64,000 bases of DNA from Epiperipatus broadwayi (GCA_028023455.1 JAQFVV010000001.1:10788001-10852000), one strand, 5' to 3'. Counted from the stretch's first letter, positions 14,330-28,105 are shown. Translations and numbers: made by a program. Notes: generated by a model from the sequence alone, not told the origin.

Positions 14330-16100
14330 ATGTCAAGTTAAAATAAAAGTCATTGGTTTATAATTAAAAATGGGAATTTTGTTATAAATAAAAAAGCAAT
14401 TAGTGACCGCACCGGCATTGGGTAAAAGTAAAAGCTAGTTTACTGATTGATTTGTTTGCAACAAAAGACTTTACCATTAAGTCAGAAGACCGTTACTATC
14501 TGCTAGGTCTTAAAAATTTATGACACCTAAAAAAAGATTTAATTAATGAAATCGGAATCAAAATTATATAATTTATATATTTAAATAAATTTTTTTTAAA
14601 GTAAATGAAACACCTCGGAGACATTATCAGTAGAAAAAAATCAGATTGTATGATTTTGTTTTAATTAAAAATCAATTGGTCCTGAGGCAAATGAAATTCC
14701 AAAAGGTGTTAAGGCTTGGTAGGTGGAAATATATAAATAGGTTATATTTTAAACGGAAAGGAAGGACTCCATTTTCTTTGAAGAGCTGTTACTATCAGAA
14801 GCTGTAAATTGTTAATTTCGCTATGCCCTGCTAGCAAGGCCAGAATTTGCTGCCTTTTCCCATGATGAAACATCAGTTTGATCACCCAAGGCCGAAGCAA
14901 CAACCAACGCTACTATAACAAGTTTATTATAACAAATAGATGTTATAAGCCACTAAAAGAACTCACCATTCCAATTCAAGTACTCCAGTACAGCTATAGG
15001 AATACCATCTTAGATTGTATCCCAACTAAATAGAAGATGCCATATGCTGCTAAAAAGAACTCACCATTCCAGCTTGAGTGTCTCCAGTCCAGCTATAGGA
15101 GGACCGCCATTTAATAATAATTAAAATTGCAGAGCTTTGTGTAAAATCCGAAATGATCATTATTTCTTTAAAATACAGGTTAGCTAACTATATTAATGTA
15201 AACTGTCTTATAAATAATATTTGAATACTATAAATGACCTACTTTTGCTAATTTTCTTTATTAGCTTAATGTTTTGCTATATAATTTAATCACTGCGGTT
15301 ATATTTATTTCTCTCTTGCTTATTTCAATTATTCTTAATTATGCCTATGTTTCGAAACGGAGTGAATTTAGTTACAAAATTTTTTTTTTAAGATATTATT
15401 TAAAATCTTCATATTATTATTTATTATAGCATCATTTTTGCGCACTGTTTTGAAACCCTATTTTATAAATAATGGCGACCCTTTTGTGTTCATTATTTTG
15501 TTAGTTATTAATTAATTAAGGTAAATATAAATGTGGCTTATAAATCCAGATTTGCAACCTTTAATTATGTTATAAAAAAATTAAACTAGCCTGGAATGTA
15601 ATCATAAGTATATTTTTCTTATTAAAGTATTTGTAAGTCCCTTAAATATACTTTCATCCTTAATAGTTTATTAATTATAGATAACTGAAAAAATTGAACA
15701 GGATAAAGTAAAGTTTATATATATTCCCGTCAGTAGCATATACGTATTTCTCATGCTACAGAAGAGTTGGCTCTTTTGATCAATCTGATAAACTAGTGTT
15801 CACATGTAGTATGGTATTTAATTTATAATATACTTCGGCTTGGCAGATGTAAAATTTATCAATATTTTATCGTTTTGCTGTTTTTGATATATATTAAGAT
15901 GGAGCCATGGTGAGTTCAGCCCATCTTCCTCTCTTAGGGTAGTGCAGTAGCTAAGCATGAACTAAGGGCCAGGTTAGCACATAAGCCCCCTGCCTCTTAT
16001 GAACCAAATCAAAGTTCAAGTTTAGCAGCATGACGATCATCAATGGGTAAACCAGTGTTGGTGATGAAAACCCTAAAATCTATTCATCCATCCGCAGAGC
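14330..16100. promoter_or_regulatory. Putative CpG-retaining promoter region, possibly bidirectional
   Basis: CpG visibly more frequent than in flanking DNA. Divergent AATGGCG (YY1/initiator-like) motifs at ~15112 (minus) and ~15471 (plus), each followed by a donor-like GT. Function is inferred. Confidence 0.3.
14953..15112 (-). repeat. Local ~60-bp direct duplication, each copy carrying a GTGAGT splice-donor-like site on the minus strand
   Basis: CTAAAAGAACTCACCATTCCA...CTCCAGT.CAGCTATAGGA at 14953-15009 and 15050-15112. The reverse complement reads ...GGAATG|GTGAGTTC. Confidence 0.8.
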
Positions 16101-17086
16101 AACTTTACTATTGTATTTATTTGTACAAAGCATATTAGTAAAATTATTATAGCCAACTCTACTTCCCTAATATGCAGTCTTCAGCATTGAGCCAAAGCAT
16201 TCTTGAAAACCCATTCAATCTAAAGCTATCTGGGATGCTTTATACACCCATATTAAATATATAAATTTGTCATAATTGGATGTATTATTAAATTTCACTC
16301 CAGATTTGGTTTGATTACATGTATGATAGCAACTCGAATTGATTATGAAACGGCATAACTAATAATTGGAATATAGTGATTTATTATATAGTATAATATT
16401 TGGCCATTAAATAATAGCCACAAACTTATTTTACCAATGTATCAATGATTGTTGTACAATTTCTTAGATTAATAATGCTTAGTCAGTAAATGAAAATGCT
16501 TGCATGCATTTTCCTGCGCTAAATAATGGGTTAAGATATATATGTAATTGTCAATAAATATATTAGTAATTCATCAATATATCAGTTTCTGTTTCATTAT
16601 TAAATCAAGCCAATTCATTAATTGATCATAGCTATTCATTAGTAAAGCCCCCTATTAATTAAATATATTAAATTTTATCATGGGAACATCTCTAGTATTT
16701 AAATTTGTTAATATATATATTTAAGTCCCTGAGTTTCATTGTCTTCTCCGCTTTGCTAGTGGGCCGGACTTAAGAATTAATTCTTGGGTGCCATCACTGT
16801 TATGTTATCCATTAGGTGTTTGATCTGGACCTTGGGGAATGGGTTCGAATTCAGGTTGGTCCCAGATCTAAATCTCGGGCTGGACTGCATTTTGAAGTAC
16901 ATTTTGTGAGTTCCAGCCCATGTTAGCTGGATAAACATGTTTTGATGGTTCAATATGAATAAATACATACTTTCATTTTAATATATTGTATATATTTTTC
17001 TCAAAATCCAAAATTCAATGAAACTCAGTGAATTTAATAATGCTATTATAAAAATGTTCATACTATTTTTTAAGGTACTTAAGTAT

Positions 17087-18765
17087 TAGTCCTGTGACAT
17101 GGAGCACATATTAGATCTGTTGCACCTTTTCATATCTGCAATAAAAGTGTAACTTTGTGATTAAGTCAAATAAACCCAAGTAAATTCTGCAATGTTGTTA
17201 CCTGATCTCATATCAAAATGTGTTTTTTATCCAATCTCTGACCCGGTAACAAAATATTTTTTTTTTCCAAAAACAATTTTTTTTTTGCCCAATTTTTGTC
17301 AAGATTTCATTCTGACAATAGCTTGATTTCAACTGCATTGCATTTTTTCTTCATAGTTATTGTCAATTTCAATTTCATTGTTGCTTAATTCATTTGATTT
17401 TAAGTGAGTAAATAATTGTACTCTCTTGAAATATTGAAAGACTTTGGGGTTCAGTGAAATGGCATAATAAGCAATAGTGAGGAACATCATGGCAACACCT
17501 TGATTCATATTTGTCCGAATTTATGTGGCATACATGTCATAAGGTGATGATGCATTCATTTGCATAATGAACGGAAAAAAAGAAATTGGCCGCCAAGATG
17601 AAAAATTAATAAAAGTGTTATATTTTCTTATTTTATGAATAATTTTGCTTTTATTTTTATTTTTAAAAAAAAATACATTTATTTGTTACCATTTTTCAAC
17701 AAAATCCTGTTCAGACAATATGCTGTGCAATCACATGTTCATTTTGTAGGGAAAAATTTTTACTTGAAGTCTCAATTTTCTCTGAAAAATTTGATCGACT
17801 TATAATAAAATACAACAAACAACTTATTTATTCATTGTGACAATTCCCATTATATATTAGATGATAAGTAGTATATGTGTATTTTTTATGCTTTTTAAAA
17901 TAATATTTTAGGAAATTTTTATAATTTAGTGATTGTTTTGTCTGTATTTAAAGTAACATTTGGGACTTGCATAATGGCATCTCATATTTTACATATTGAT
18001 TGTTTCAAAATGTACTGTTTAATATCAATTTTATAGTCAAATTCACATCTTTAATATTGTTATAAATGTATATTCTGCACCATATTTTAAATTTTTTCCT
18101 GTAAAAAGTTGTATATATTTCTGTATGGCAAATTAATAATTTTTTTTTGTTTTTAACTCTTGTAAAAAATGTATTTTTTAAGATCGTTTTTTTTTTTTTT
18201 TTTTGCTGAAATTCATATCTTTAGTATTGCTATAAATTTTATACTTTTCGTGTAAATGTCATATATATTTCTGTATGGCAAAGTAACATTTGCGACTTTA
18301 TAATGGTATCTCATATTTTATATATTGATTGTTTAAAAATTTACTGTTTAATATCGATTTTATGGTCAAATTCATATGTTTAGTACTGTTATTAATTTAT
18401 ATTCCACACCAAATTTTATATTTCTCCTGTGAAAGTTGTATATATTTCTGAATGGCAAATTAAAAAAAATTTTAACTGTTGTTAAAAATGTAATTTTTAA
18501 GATCGATTTTTTGGGAAAATTACACTCTGAATTGTTTATATTTTTTGTGTGAAAGTAGTATTTTAGTCCTGCAACATGGAGCACATATTAGACATACTAA
18601 GCCTTTTCACATACCTATTCAACCAGCCGATAAATTTGTAAATCTTGGGAAAATATCATGTACATGTTATTTTGATCAAATCACAAGATTAAAAAGTTAT
18701 CAGCAGATTGATACAAATGTGAAAAGATGCAGCATGTCTAATATGTGCTTTGTGTAACAGGATAA
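17087..18765. mobile_element. Unclassified non-autonomous TIR element, possibly Academ-like, with an internal duplicate of its left end
   Basis: Left end TAGTCCTGTGACATGGAGCACATATTAGA at 17087 is repeated at 18564. Right end ATGTCTAATATGTGCTTTGTGTAACAGGATAA ends at 18765 and is its inverted match. TAT flanks both outer ends (possible 3-bp TSD, low complexity). Confidence 0.5.
17950..18510. repeat. Tandem repeat, two ~240-bp units plus a partial middle unit, inside the 17087-18765 element
   Basis: AAAGTAACATTTG.GACTT..ATAATGG.ATCTCATATTTTA.ATATTGATTGTTT at ~17950 and ~18280, each ending ...TTTTTAAGATCG.TTTT. Confidence 0.85.
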
Positions 18766-19449
18766 TATGTAAGTACCCTTTTTAATATCTTTTTTGAAGA
18801 GCAAAATTTTGGAATAAATTAGATTGAAAATGTAATTCTACAAAAAATCTTGTGGCATTAATTCTGTAATGAAAGAAAAGATTTAACTTTGATAAAATGG
18901 CATAGCTTGAAAAAAAGTCAAGGCTTCATTAAATAATACAAATTGCTTATTGAAAATGGATATTTCTTTTTTTTTTTATTACTATGAACAGCAAAATAAT
19001 TAATACTATGTTTTATATACAATATATACATAAAAAAATAAAGCAGCTTTAAATGATTCCTTGCCCCAAAAACATTAAAGATATTATTCAAACAAACTAG
19101 TCTAATACTTTTCATTTTTTTATTTTTCAGCTTATAATACCTATATTATCCATTCACACCCAACAATTAAATGTCTAATCTTACATTTATATGCCAACTA
19201 TCTTAAAGAAATATCTAAGCTTATTTATAAATTAATATCTTCTCAATATTTCTAGGCCAGTGGTAGAAAATCTTGTTAGGTGTTTCTACAAAAAATTTAT
19301 AAATAATATTTATCAAATGATTGATGCTCCAAGCAGTTTTTTAATAGAAATGAAAATAGTAGAAAGTTAATTATCCTATAATTTTATTGAGTAGTTTTAA
19401 AAATTAGTGTATAATTTTATAAACATGAATTGCCATAAACATAAAATTT

Positions 19450-21170
19450 TAAATGAGATTTTTGCTGCAGTAAATTAGATGCTAAATACTTTATAACAGG
19501 ATCATATTTTGTCACTTATTAATATGTCATTTTAAAAGAATAGTTATCATTTGTAGTTTAAATCAACTGAAGGTACTGAGAATGGCATTTCAAATTTTTA
19601 AGATTTCTTCTATATCATGTTTTCTTTTACTACATCTATCAATTCCAATCATTTCCACATCATTTCTCAAATCAACAATTTTGTTTCCATATAAATTTGA
19701 TTGAAAATTAATCAATTGCAATTTTACATCATCCAAATTCAACCACTCAAGAATTTTCAAATTGAGTTTATCTGCTGGTATTGCATCTCAATATAAAATA
19801 AATTTTGATGTTTCTTCAAATTGTCTAAACTGCATAAATCTTGAAAAAAAAATCCCTAAACATTGAGTCAATTATAATAGAAAAGTTTTGCTCCAACTAA
19901 TCTTTATTTGATTTCTCATGAGATTCTATATCTGTAAAAAAAAAAAAAAAATGTATTTGGGAAATATTAATAGATATTTCAAATAACATCGTGATTAAAA
20001 TTTTCTAATGTAGCTTCACATCCTTTGATAAAATCAAATATGGCAATGACTGTTTTATTAATATCTTGCAGTTTAATATTTAATTTATTTAAACGGATGT
20101 ACTTATCAGAAAAAAAACAATTTGAAAGCCATTCAGCATCTATTAATTGACAATATTGATCAATATTTCCATTATGTAAAAAAAAAAAAAAAAAGACTAA
20201 TTTCTTCTATACACTTAACAAATCTTTGAAAAACTTTTCCATAATTTAACCACCAGAATCATTACATCCATAAATAAACTATTGTGTGATGAGTTTAATT
20301 ATTTAATAGTTCCCAGAATTTTTATTTATTTAAAGCACCTGGAAATATAAAATTGAATAATTTTGTTATAAAGTTTGTAATATCTTCCATTATCTTGAAA
20401 CTATAGGCAGTGAAAATCTAAAGCTGCATACTAATACATTAGATAAATGAATTGACAAAATCATTTTCTGAACACCTTCAGCTACTATTAATATAATTTT
20501 GAAAAGGTTTATTTCTTTTTAAGGAAATGTTTTTACAATTATATGGCAACTATCTATTCCATTTGCTGTTAGTGCTAATAGTAGAAAATTGATTAATTCT
20601 TCCTTGATATTGTTTGCAGTATAATAATGAATAAAAATAGTTACTGATTCCCATCAAGACAGAGAGAAATGAAAGTGGAAAATTTATATTTACTTTTTGC
20701 TGAAGGGTATATTTTTAGCTCTATATTTTATTACATTTTTATCTAAAAGCATATCTTTTATTCTTTGAATAATTTTTTCTTTGTTTTCAAAATTTTCAAA
20801 AAGAACATTTTAACTATGCTTCTTTTAGATATTCACCACTTACCAAAAGATTTTCCATGTTTGATAATTATGGGTGAGGATATATAACTAGTAGCAGTTA
20901 TAATTTAATGATGGCTAATATATCTAATTAGGGATGTTGATTATTTCTATTTTTAATGATCTGTGCAATAAATTCTTCTTGTTCATCTCTACTTTTACTA
21001 AGAAGATATTTACGGATTATTTCATAATGTCATTTACAGACAAGATTGTATAAACTTCTTCCTCGGAACATAAAACACCAACAACTTTATTGCTCTTGTT
21101 AATCGTGCCATATTGTTCTGTCCATCAACTTTGGAATTTTCTGTTACTTGTAGGGTTTTTTTTTTACTTT
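19450..21170 (-). pseudogene. hAT transposase pseudogene (EPM2AIP1/GTF2IRD2-like)
   Basis: Minus-strand pieces in correct order: WTEQYGTINKSNKVVGVLC; IIKHGKSF; ENFENKEKIIQRIKDM; GALNK; QLIDAEWLSN...LNKLNIKLQDINKT; SMFRDFFSRFMQFRQFEETSKF; LQLINFQS; KYLASNLLQQKSH. Not recovered by the ORF track because of dense stops. Confidence 0.85.
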
Positions 21171-21305
21171 TATTGACTCTGTTAAGTACAACAGCCAAAA
21201 AAAATTTTAAAAATAAAATATTGAGAAAAATCCTTTTGTAAAAAAATAATTTTTAAATTTCTTTATATGTATAAATATAATAATTACTTTAAAATGCATC
21301 TACAC

Positions 21306-22044
21306 CAATGGTCTTGGGCCGCAGAAGTTTTCTGCCGGTCCGTGCTAGACTGGCAGGAAAGTTTGTAATAACAAAATAATAATATTTTAAACTTTTAATT
21401 AATATAAACAATTTTTATTTATTTTTTCATCTCATTTTTACCCAATTAAAAAAAAAAACAGAAGGAAAACAAAATCTAATCGCTCATACATAAATTAATT
21501 TGTTTTTCTAGTTATCACAGATGTTTATGGGTGGGGGGTTAATTTTATTATTTTTCTAAAAAAATTCAAAATTAAAAAAAAAAAAGTTTTTTATTATAAA
21601 AACTCCATATATATATATAACTTCATCTTGTATATTTAACATTAAATACAGATATTACATTTATCATAATCATTGTCATGTAATTACACTAGCTGTGACA
21701 TTTCCCAACATTCGGGTGAATAACATTTTATTCTTGCATGTTTTAATAATGAAATAATAAATATATCAATGCAGGCATACTAATGAGAATGATCACTATT
21801 GTACTGTTTTCTGTAGCAGTATGACTGCACAACTCGAGAAAGAGTGTTCAGCAAATGAAAGTAAGCAACATCATTACAATACACAGTAACTGGTGTGCTG
21901 TTTTAATCAATTATAACAATTATGCTCATCTAAGGCTAAGCAGTTTAAATCTTTAAGAAAATTTATCTGTAGAATTCTGCCAGTCCGCGAAATCTTATCC
22001 TTATTTTTGCCGGTCCATAGGTGTGAAAAGGTTGAAGACCACTG
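21306..22044. mobile_element. hAT MITE (~740 bp) with perfect 8-bp TSD
   Basis: Right TIR GGTTGAAGACCACTG ends at 22044. Left end CAATGGTCTT-GGGCCGC is partly deleted. TSD ATCTACAC at 21298-21305 and 22045-22052. GC-rich subterminal CCGGTCC/CTGGCAG motifs at both ends. Confidence 0.9.
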
Positions 22045-25000
22045 ATCTACACCATAGTGTCTGTTCTGTACTATATTTGGCATACTTATGAGACTGTCAA
22101 TGCATTGCATAGTGCATTAATGCACTGCATAATGCATGCTGGTTGCTGACACACATAAACACAAGCATGTTTAGAGATGGAAAGATAGACATGTAACTAT
22201 ACTACAAAATGGTTATGCACTACAATATAGTGAGAAAAATCAATTTTAATTAATTTCTCTTACACAAAACAAAATTTCAGAATAATTATTAACAAATAAT
22301 TTTAATAAAATAACAAATAATTTTAATAAAATATAGGTTGATAATAATATAATTTCTCTATCCTACCAAAACTTCTTATATGCCATCTTTGGCATGTGTC
22401 ATAGGTTCACCATTGTGGATCTAGTCCATCCATTATTCACTCTTTATTATAATAAATTTGCCCATATCCACATTAATTTTTATGACATCATTAGACCAAA
22501 TGATCTTTATATAGCATCTTCATTAATACCAACATAATTATTTTCCATGCTATTCTGTTACAGTTTTTTTTTGTTTATGTTTAGGATTATTACCTGTGTT
22601 TTTAGTAACCCATAGTTTAAAAAAATATATTTAAAAAAAAAAAATTGAAAATTTGTAAATTTGATTTATAAACTTTGCATCTTTATTTTTTGTCTCATAT
22701 ATTTAATTATTCATATAGGTCTTATATATAAGCATTATAATATGTTATGCTTAATATATTTTTATTACTTTATTAAATAAAATTTTTATTTAAATTAGTC
22801 CTAGAATGAAAATATTAATGACAATAGCAATTTTGCTATGCCTAAAAAAAAATCAAGAAATGCTTCTATTATATAATAAAAAGAAATTTTATTTTTCAGA
22901 ATGAAAAAGTGTACTCTTTCTCAATTTATTACTTTATGGACTTTTTATAACTAATTATTTTATTTTTGATATTTTACTGTACATAATTTTAAAATTAAAT
23001 TCTCTTACAGATTTTTACAAACATATTTTTAATCAGTTTATTTCAAATAATTTAATAAATACCCAAATGATCTTAAAACAATAATAATCATATATTTGAG
23101 TAAAGATAGCAGTAAAAATAATTTCTAAAGATTGTACACAAAAATGCTTACTATATATTTTATGGTATTATCTAAGGATGAGTCTGTAAACAAATGGTCA
23201 CAAACATGGTTGGACAACTATATTTGCAATAGCATTTGTATTTTTATAAATCCATCTTTATGTTTTACAATTACTTAAACATAAAAAATATAAAATACAT
23301 TAACTACAAGCTTTTACTTTTTTAAAGACAAGAGTATAGTTTGCATATATGTAATACAATATACCAACTTCCTTCACCTCATTTTAAATCTTCATATTTA
23401 TTTTCACAGCACAATTTGCTTTAGTGGAAATCAAGCAATTAAATATCATGGCTACCTATTTCTTCAATTTTATTTCCAATCAACTTTTTTAAATACAAAA
23501 AATTTGCTAAATCCTACTCTGGTCTTACCAATTTTTTTTGTAAATTCAATTATCAATTATAAACTGTATTTCAAAAATAATGTCTCCTACAAATCAAAGA
23601 CAATTTATATAATTAATATTTATTTTAGAAATTGATTTTTTTCATTCCTAAATTTTAGTAACTAATTTGCAAAAAAAAAAAATTATATCACCCTAACATA
23701 AGTTCTATATTTTGAATGTTAATAACTTCCAGTAAAGATTTATATTAATATAACAATTTTGTAAAGCAATATCATCAATAAAGTTACAAAAATATTAAGT
23801 ATATGTATATCTTTATCATTAATAAATAATACATAGTGCAAATTATTATAGATTTTTCTTCATCTTACAGAAATAACTTTTTAATTAAAAATCACTATTT
23901 TTTTAATAATTTAAATGTTATTGTGTATGTATGTATTTACTTTTTTGAGGGGCATGCCAAGTTAAGAATACATTGCATTTCATTTTAAAAGTTTTTTTTT
24001 TTTTTTTAAGGAAGAAAAAATAGATATATGAATTTCTATTAAAAATACTCAAGAAAGTAAAAATTTTATTTATTCTTCAAAAAGTGAATGATTAAATTTG
24101 GAAAAAGCTTTCTTTTTATTTAATTCAAAGTCAAGAATTTTTTACCAGGAATGAATGCATATAAACTGTTAACCCTCCCCCCCTTCAGATTTTAAACAAT
24201 CAAAAATAATTCATTTCTGTTTTTAATTAAGTTAAAAAATTATAATAATTTCATCAATTTATAATAAAATATTGTATGTATACAATTAGAAATTATCTTC
24301 AACAGTGTAGCTGTGTGTCAAAAATATATCATCCTAAATGGAACTATATTACTTAAAACACTATGCAATTTAATTAAAAGATATTTTCACTTCTAATAAA
24401 TCTCTAATATTTATTTAAAAAGAAATGTAAAAAAAAAATGTTAAAAAATAAATAGAGAAAGCAATGAAATATAAAAATTATCAGTGTATTATTTAAATAA
24501 TATACATATATATAATGTCAGTCAATCAAATGTTTCCATTTAAAAATGGACTTTACTTAAACATTTAATAATAAATGCTAATATTTCAGAAAATGTAGCT
24601 TAACTTATATTCATTTATTTTTCTTAATTTTTTGATCTTTATAAAAGTTGGAAATTTTTTTTACAAAATAACATTATTGTAAATAAACAAAAATAATAAT
24701 AAATCTTAGGGATATTTCAGGACTAAAGTAATATGTTAAAGACAGCAACTACATCAAAATAACGAGACTGAAATTTTATTTTTACTATCCTCAAAAGATA
24801 ATCAGTGGATAAATCTTTAGTTTTTGGAGTTTCCATTCTCATTATTGCATAAAACTGAGCAAAATAAAATAATTGCAGTCAATTGCTTGGAATTCAAGTA
24901 ACTTTTGTATACTACAATAGTACACTGAACTCAATAATTCCAATTAATTGGCCAAACTGAGATTTTTATTTTTCTGAATGTGAATCAATCTAAGACCTTT

Positions 25001-25092
25001 TAATTCCTGAATTCACTGATATTATCAATTTTTTAAACTAAAGAGAAGAATAAGTTATCGGTAAATACTTGCATGTCATTTGAATATCCCCA

Positions 25093-25111
25093 GACACACA
25101 CACACACACAC
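25093..25111. repeat. (CA)n microsatellite
   Basis: GACACACACACACACACAC read directly. Confidence 0.9.
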
Positions 25112-27251
25112 TATATTTCTATTACAAAATAAAAATATAAACAGAAAATCATAATAAGCTATTTTTCAAATAAGCTATGCTTTGGAATAATGTTTTACAA
25201 TGATTTATTCTTTTTTTCATAAAAGGACTAATGACAATAGTGATACAAAATAAAAGTTTTAAATATTGTAATTTTATCAATAAAATTGAATAACATACTA
25301 TGCTAAAACATCATTATTGCAAAACCTAATAGCTGGAAACTTTTAAATTAGATATCATGGTCTAACAAAAATATGTATAAACATTACAATTTTGATAACA
25401 CACTATAAAAGCAATTTGAAGGATTTTATTCTATTGCTTTCAATTATCATAGATACTGAAGGTTAGAGATGAGTTTTTATTGTCATGCAAATGCAAGAAA
25501 AATTGTGAGCAAAGGTGTACTTTACATACATGGCTTTTATTAATTTGATCAAAATATTTGACTCAATTAATTGAAAACTTTGGTACAATTTTTAAATTAG
25601 AAGTTGTTTATTGAAGTTAATTATGCAACTTCTCTTCTATATGATGTAATGAGATGCATTATTATAGATGGTGTAAATATAAATAAACTTTAATATTTTA
25701 ACTCTAGATCTCTTAATCTTAAACAGGTAATACATTTTTCAAAAAACTTGTTAAATTAACTTCATCATACAAGACTGTTATTCTGGAAATTTTATCCACT
25801 AGCATAGCAAGATGTCAAAAATGCATTAAAAACTGAAAATGGATTTATTTAATTATATTAAGCTAAAGCCTTACATTTATATAAATATGAAATCAAAATT
25901 TATCCTTGAATGTAAATCAATTAATAGTGTTATTCACATATCTAATTTATGCAGCTGCATGCGTTTAGAAAAAATTTACTTAAGTAAAATATGGTTTTAA
26001 GAACTGTAACCATTTCTCTTTAAGATTCAAATTCAGAACACTCTTAAAATTCACAATCAAAATTAAATCATAAAAGTCAACTATATACATTATGTATCCA
26101 TATTTACCAAAAAAAAAAAAAATGGATTGTTTTTTATTAATTTGAGCTAATCTTCGAGTAAAGTGCAAGATTGAATAATTATTTGATTGCTTAAAAAATT
26201 ATTTATATATTGTAATATTGATAATTTCTTTAAAACACACCAAAAACAAGTTATTCAAATTAATATTCTACCAATGATATCATGTTTTAATTTGAAAAGT
26301 TTTATTATTATTATTATTTAAATTCAAATGTTTTGCAGTTATTTATTCAATATTTTATTTGATCTATATTAATTTTGTTTTGATTATTGAATTTATAAAT
26401 GAGAGTTTGTATGCATAAAAATTTATTTTCATTACATATCTATGTTTGTATATTTATGATTTATTTTCTATATATATATTTAATAATTAAATTATTTTTT
26501 AGATAATTTTAATTATGAGTTAGATCTCAGGAATTCACAATTATTAACTAGATGTGTAATATCAAACTAAAAAATTTAATGATTAAGCTAACAATAATAC
26601 TGAATTAACTTTACCTCTTGTCACAATGTACAGAACGAACTGAACTAAAATGCAATTTTGGAGACAATTCAAAATTAAATTATGAGCAATCATCAGTGAA
26701 GTTATTTATACTCTAAATTTAATAAATCATTATTTTTTAATTTATAAGTTGAGCATAAATGTTCACTAACATATTATAGAGATCTTAATATTTAATAAAA
26801 ATATAAATATTGTTAAGAAATGTTCTTTGAAACTTAACTCTCAAATAATATCTCTTACAATCCATACTAATTTGGTTACTCTTAGTATTAGACAGATAAG
26901 GAAGAAAATGCATATTGCAAGATATTATTTCCACATAATATATTGGGTTTTTAATACTGTATGTACCTAACAACATATCATTTAAGGAATTTTCATTTTA
27001 CCCCAAACAATAACTTTTTATGTATCAAATATTTTAATATTGTGCTTTTCATTATTTTAAAGTACTAAAGAAATGACAAGATTATTTGAATTCAGTTTTC
27101 ATAATTCATCTGAAGCATTAAAAAATAAAAAAATAAATTCAATAAACAATACTATTTCAAAAACCTCCTAATATCAAATCATCTGATTCAGGTTTAAATA
27201 TCTCATCTTTAAATTCATATCATATTTGAGCAGAAATCAAATTTCTATTTA

Positions 27252-28105
27252 TACAGAAGAGGATATCCAAAAAACTCTGAATCATTCTTTGGAGGGTGAG
27301 CTAACATTATATTACATGCTTGCATTACTAGATATCTCTTGTGGTAATCCCCTCCCCCTGCAACAATCTGGCAACTGTCTTCATTGAGTGAAGTCATGGT
27401 AGTCTGTATAATAAATGTTTATGTTAAGTGTCTCACTTATTTGTCAATTTTTGTGATGATTGAAAAACTGGAATGTGAAATTCTGATTTCTGTAACTAGT
27501 GACTGCTCTAGAGAAAATACAAGTTTATAACTAGTTTGATGTGAGTGTCAAATCAATCTCAAAAAAGTATGGTAAGTGAAACCCAATGTCAAAATGATGC
27601 TGATTTTTTTTAATGCAAATGTTATTATTCACTAGATTTCATTTGTAATGATCAGGCATTTTACTTACAAGTTCTGAAACATTTGCATGATGCAGTAAAA
27701 TGAAAACTTCCTAATTAGTGGGAAGTGCAAGTTTCACCATGACAATGTGCCAGTGCACAAAGCCTTGAATATGAAACAATTTTTAATCAAAAACAGTATA
27801 ATACAGTTTGACTATCTGCCATATTCATCTAATCTTACTTTGGACAATTTCTTTTTATTCTCCTGAACAAAAAATGCCTAAAAAAAAAATGTAGACTTGA
27901 AAGTGGTAAAGAAAAAAATGACAGAGGTATTAAAATGCATTACTTTGCAAGAGTGTCAGGTCTACTTCAAAAAAATAGAAAAAATGTTTAGACTGGTGCA
28001 TTGCATTAAATGGACAATAAGTTGAAGAAGATTCAATTTGTATCACCTAAAAATAAATGCACAATTTTTTAGTACAAAATTCTGGGTTTTTGGGGAGGCC
28101 CTCTA
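27252..28105 (+). mobile_element. Mariner (Tc1/mariner, DD34D-type) element, internally deleted and decayed
   Basis: Translation KPNVKMMLIFF, QAFYLQVLKHLHDAVK, FHHDNVPVHKALNMKQFLIKNSIIQFDYLPYSSNLTLDNFFLF (HDNA.PH and YSPDLAP.D motifs), CIALNGQ*VEED. Decayed TIRs TACAGAAGAGGATATCCAAAAAACTC and CTGGGTTTTTGGGGAGGCCCTCTA with TA flanks. Confidence 0.88.

Larger units (their letters stand above)
19258..22418 (-). mobile_element. Full-length decayed hAT transposon (EPM2AIP1/GTF2IRD2-like transposase) with a nested MITE
   Basis: Termini CAGTGGTAGAAAATCTT (19258) and rc CCACAATGGTGAACCTATGACACATGCCAAAGATGGCA (22418), both decayed versions of a CAGTGATGGCGAACC-type TIR. Flanks TTCTAGGC (19250-57) and ATCTAGTC (22419-26) match 6/8 with central TA. 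Confidence 0.78.

Noticed and set aside
16800-16880. tRNA gene
   Set aside because: B-box-like motif only; no A-box at proper spacing and no acceptor or anticodon stems.
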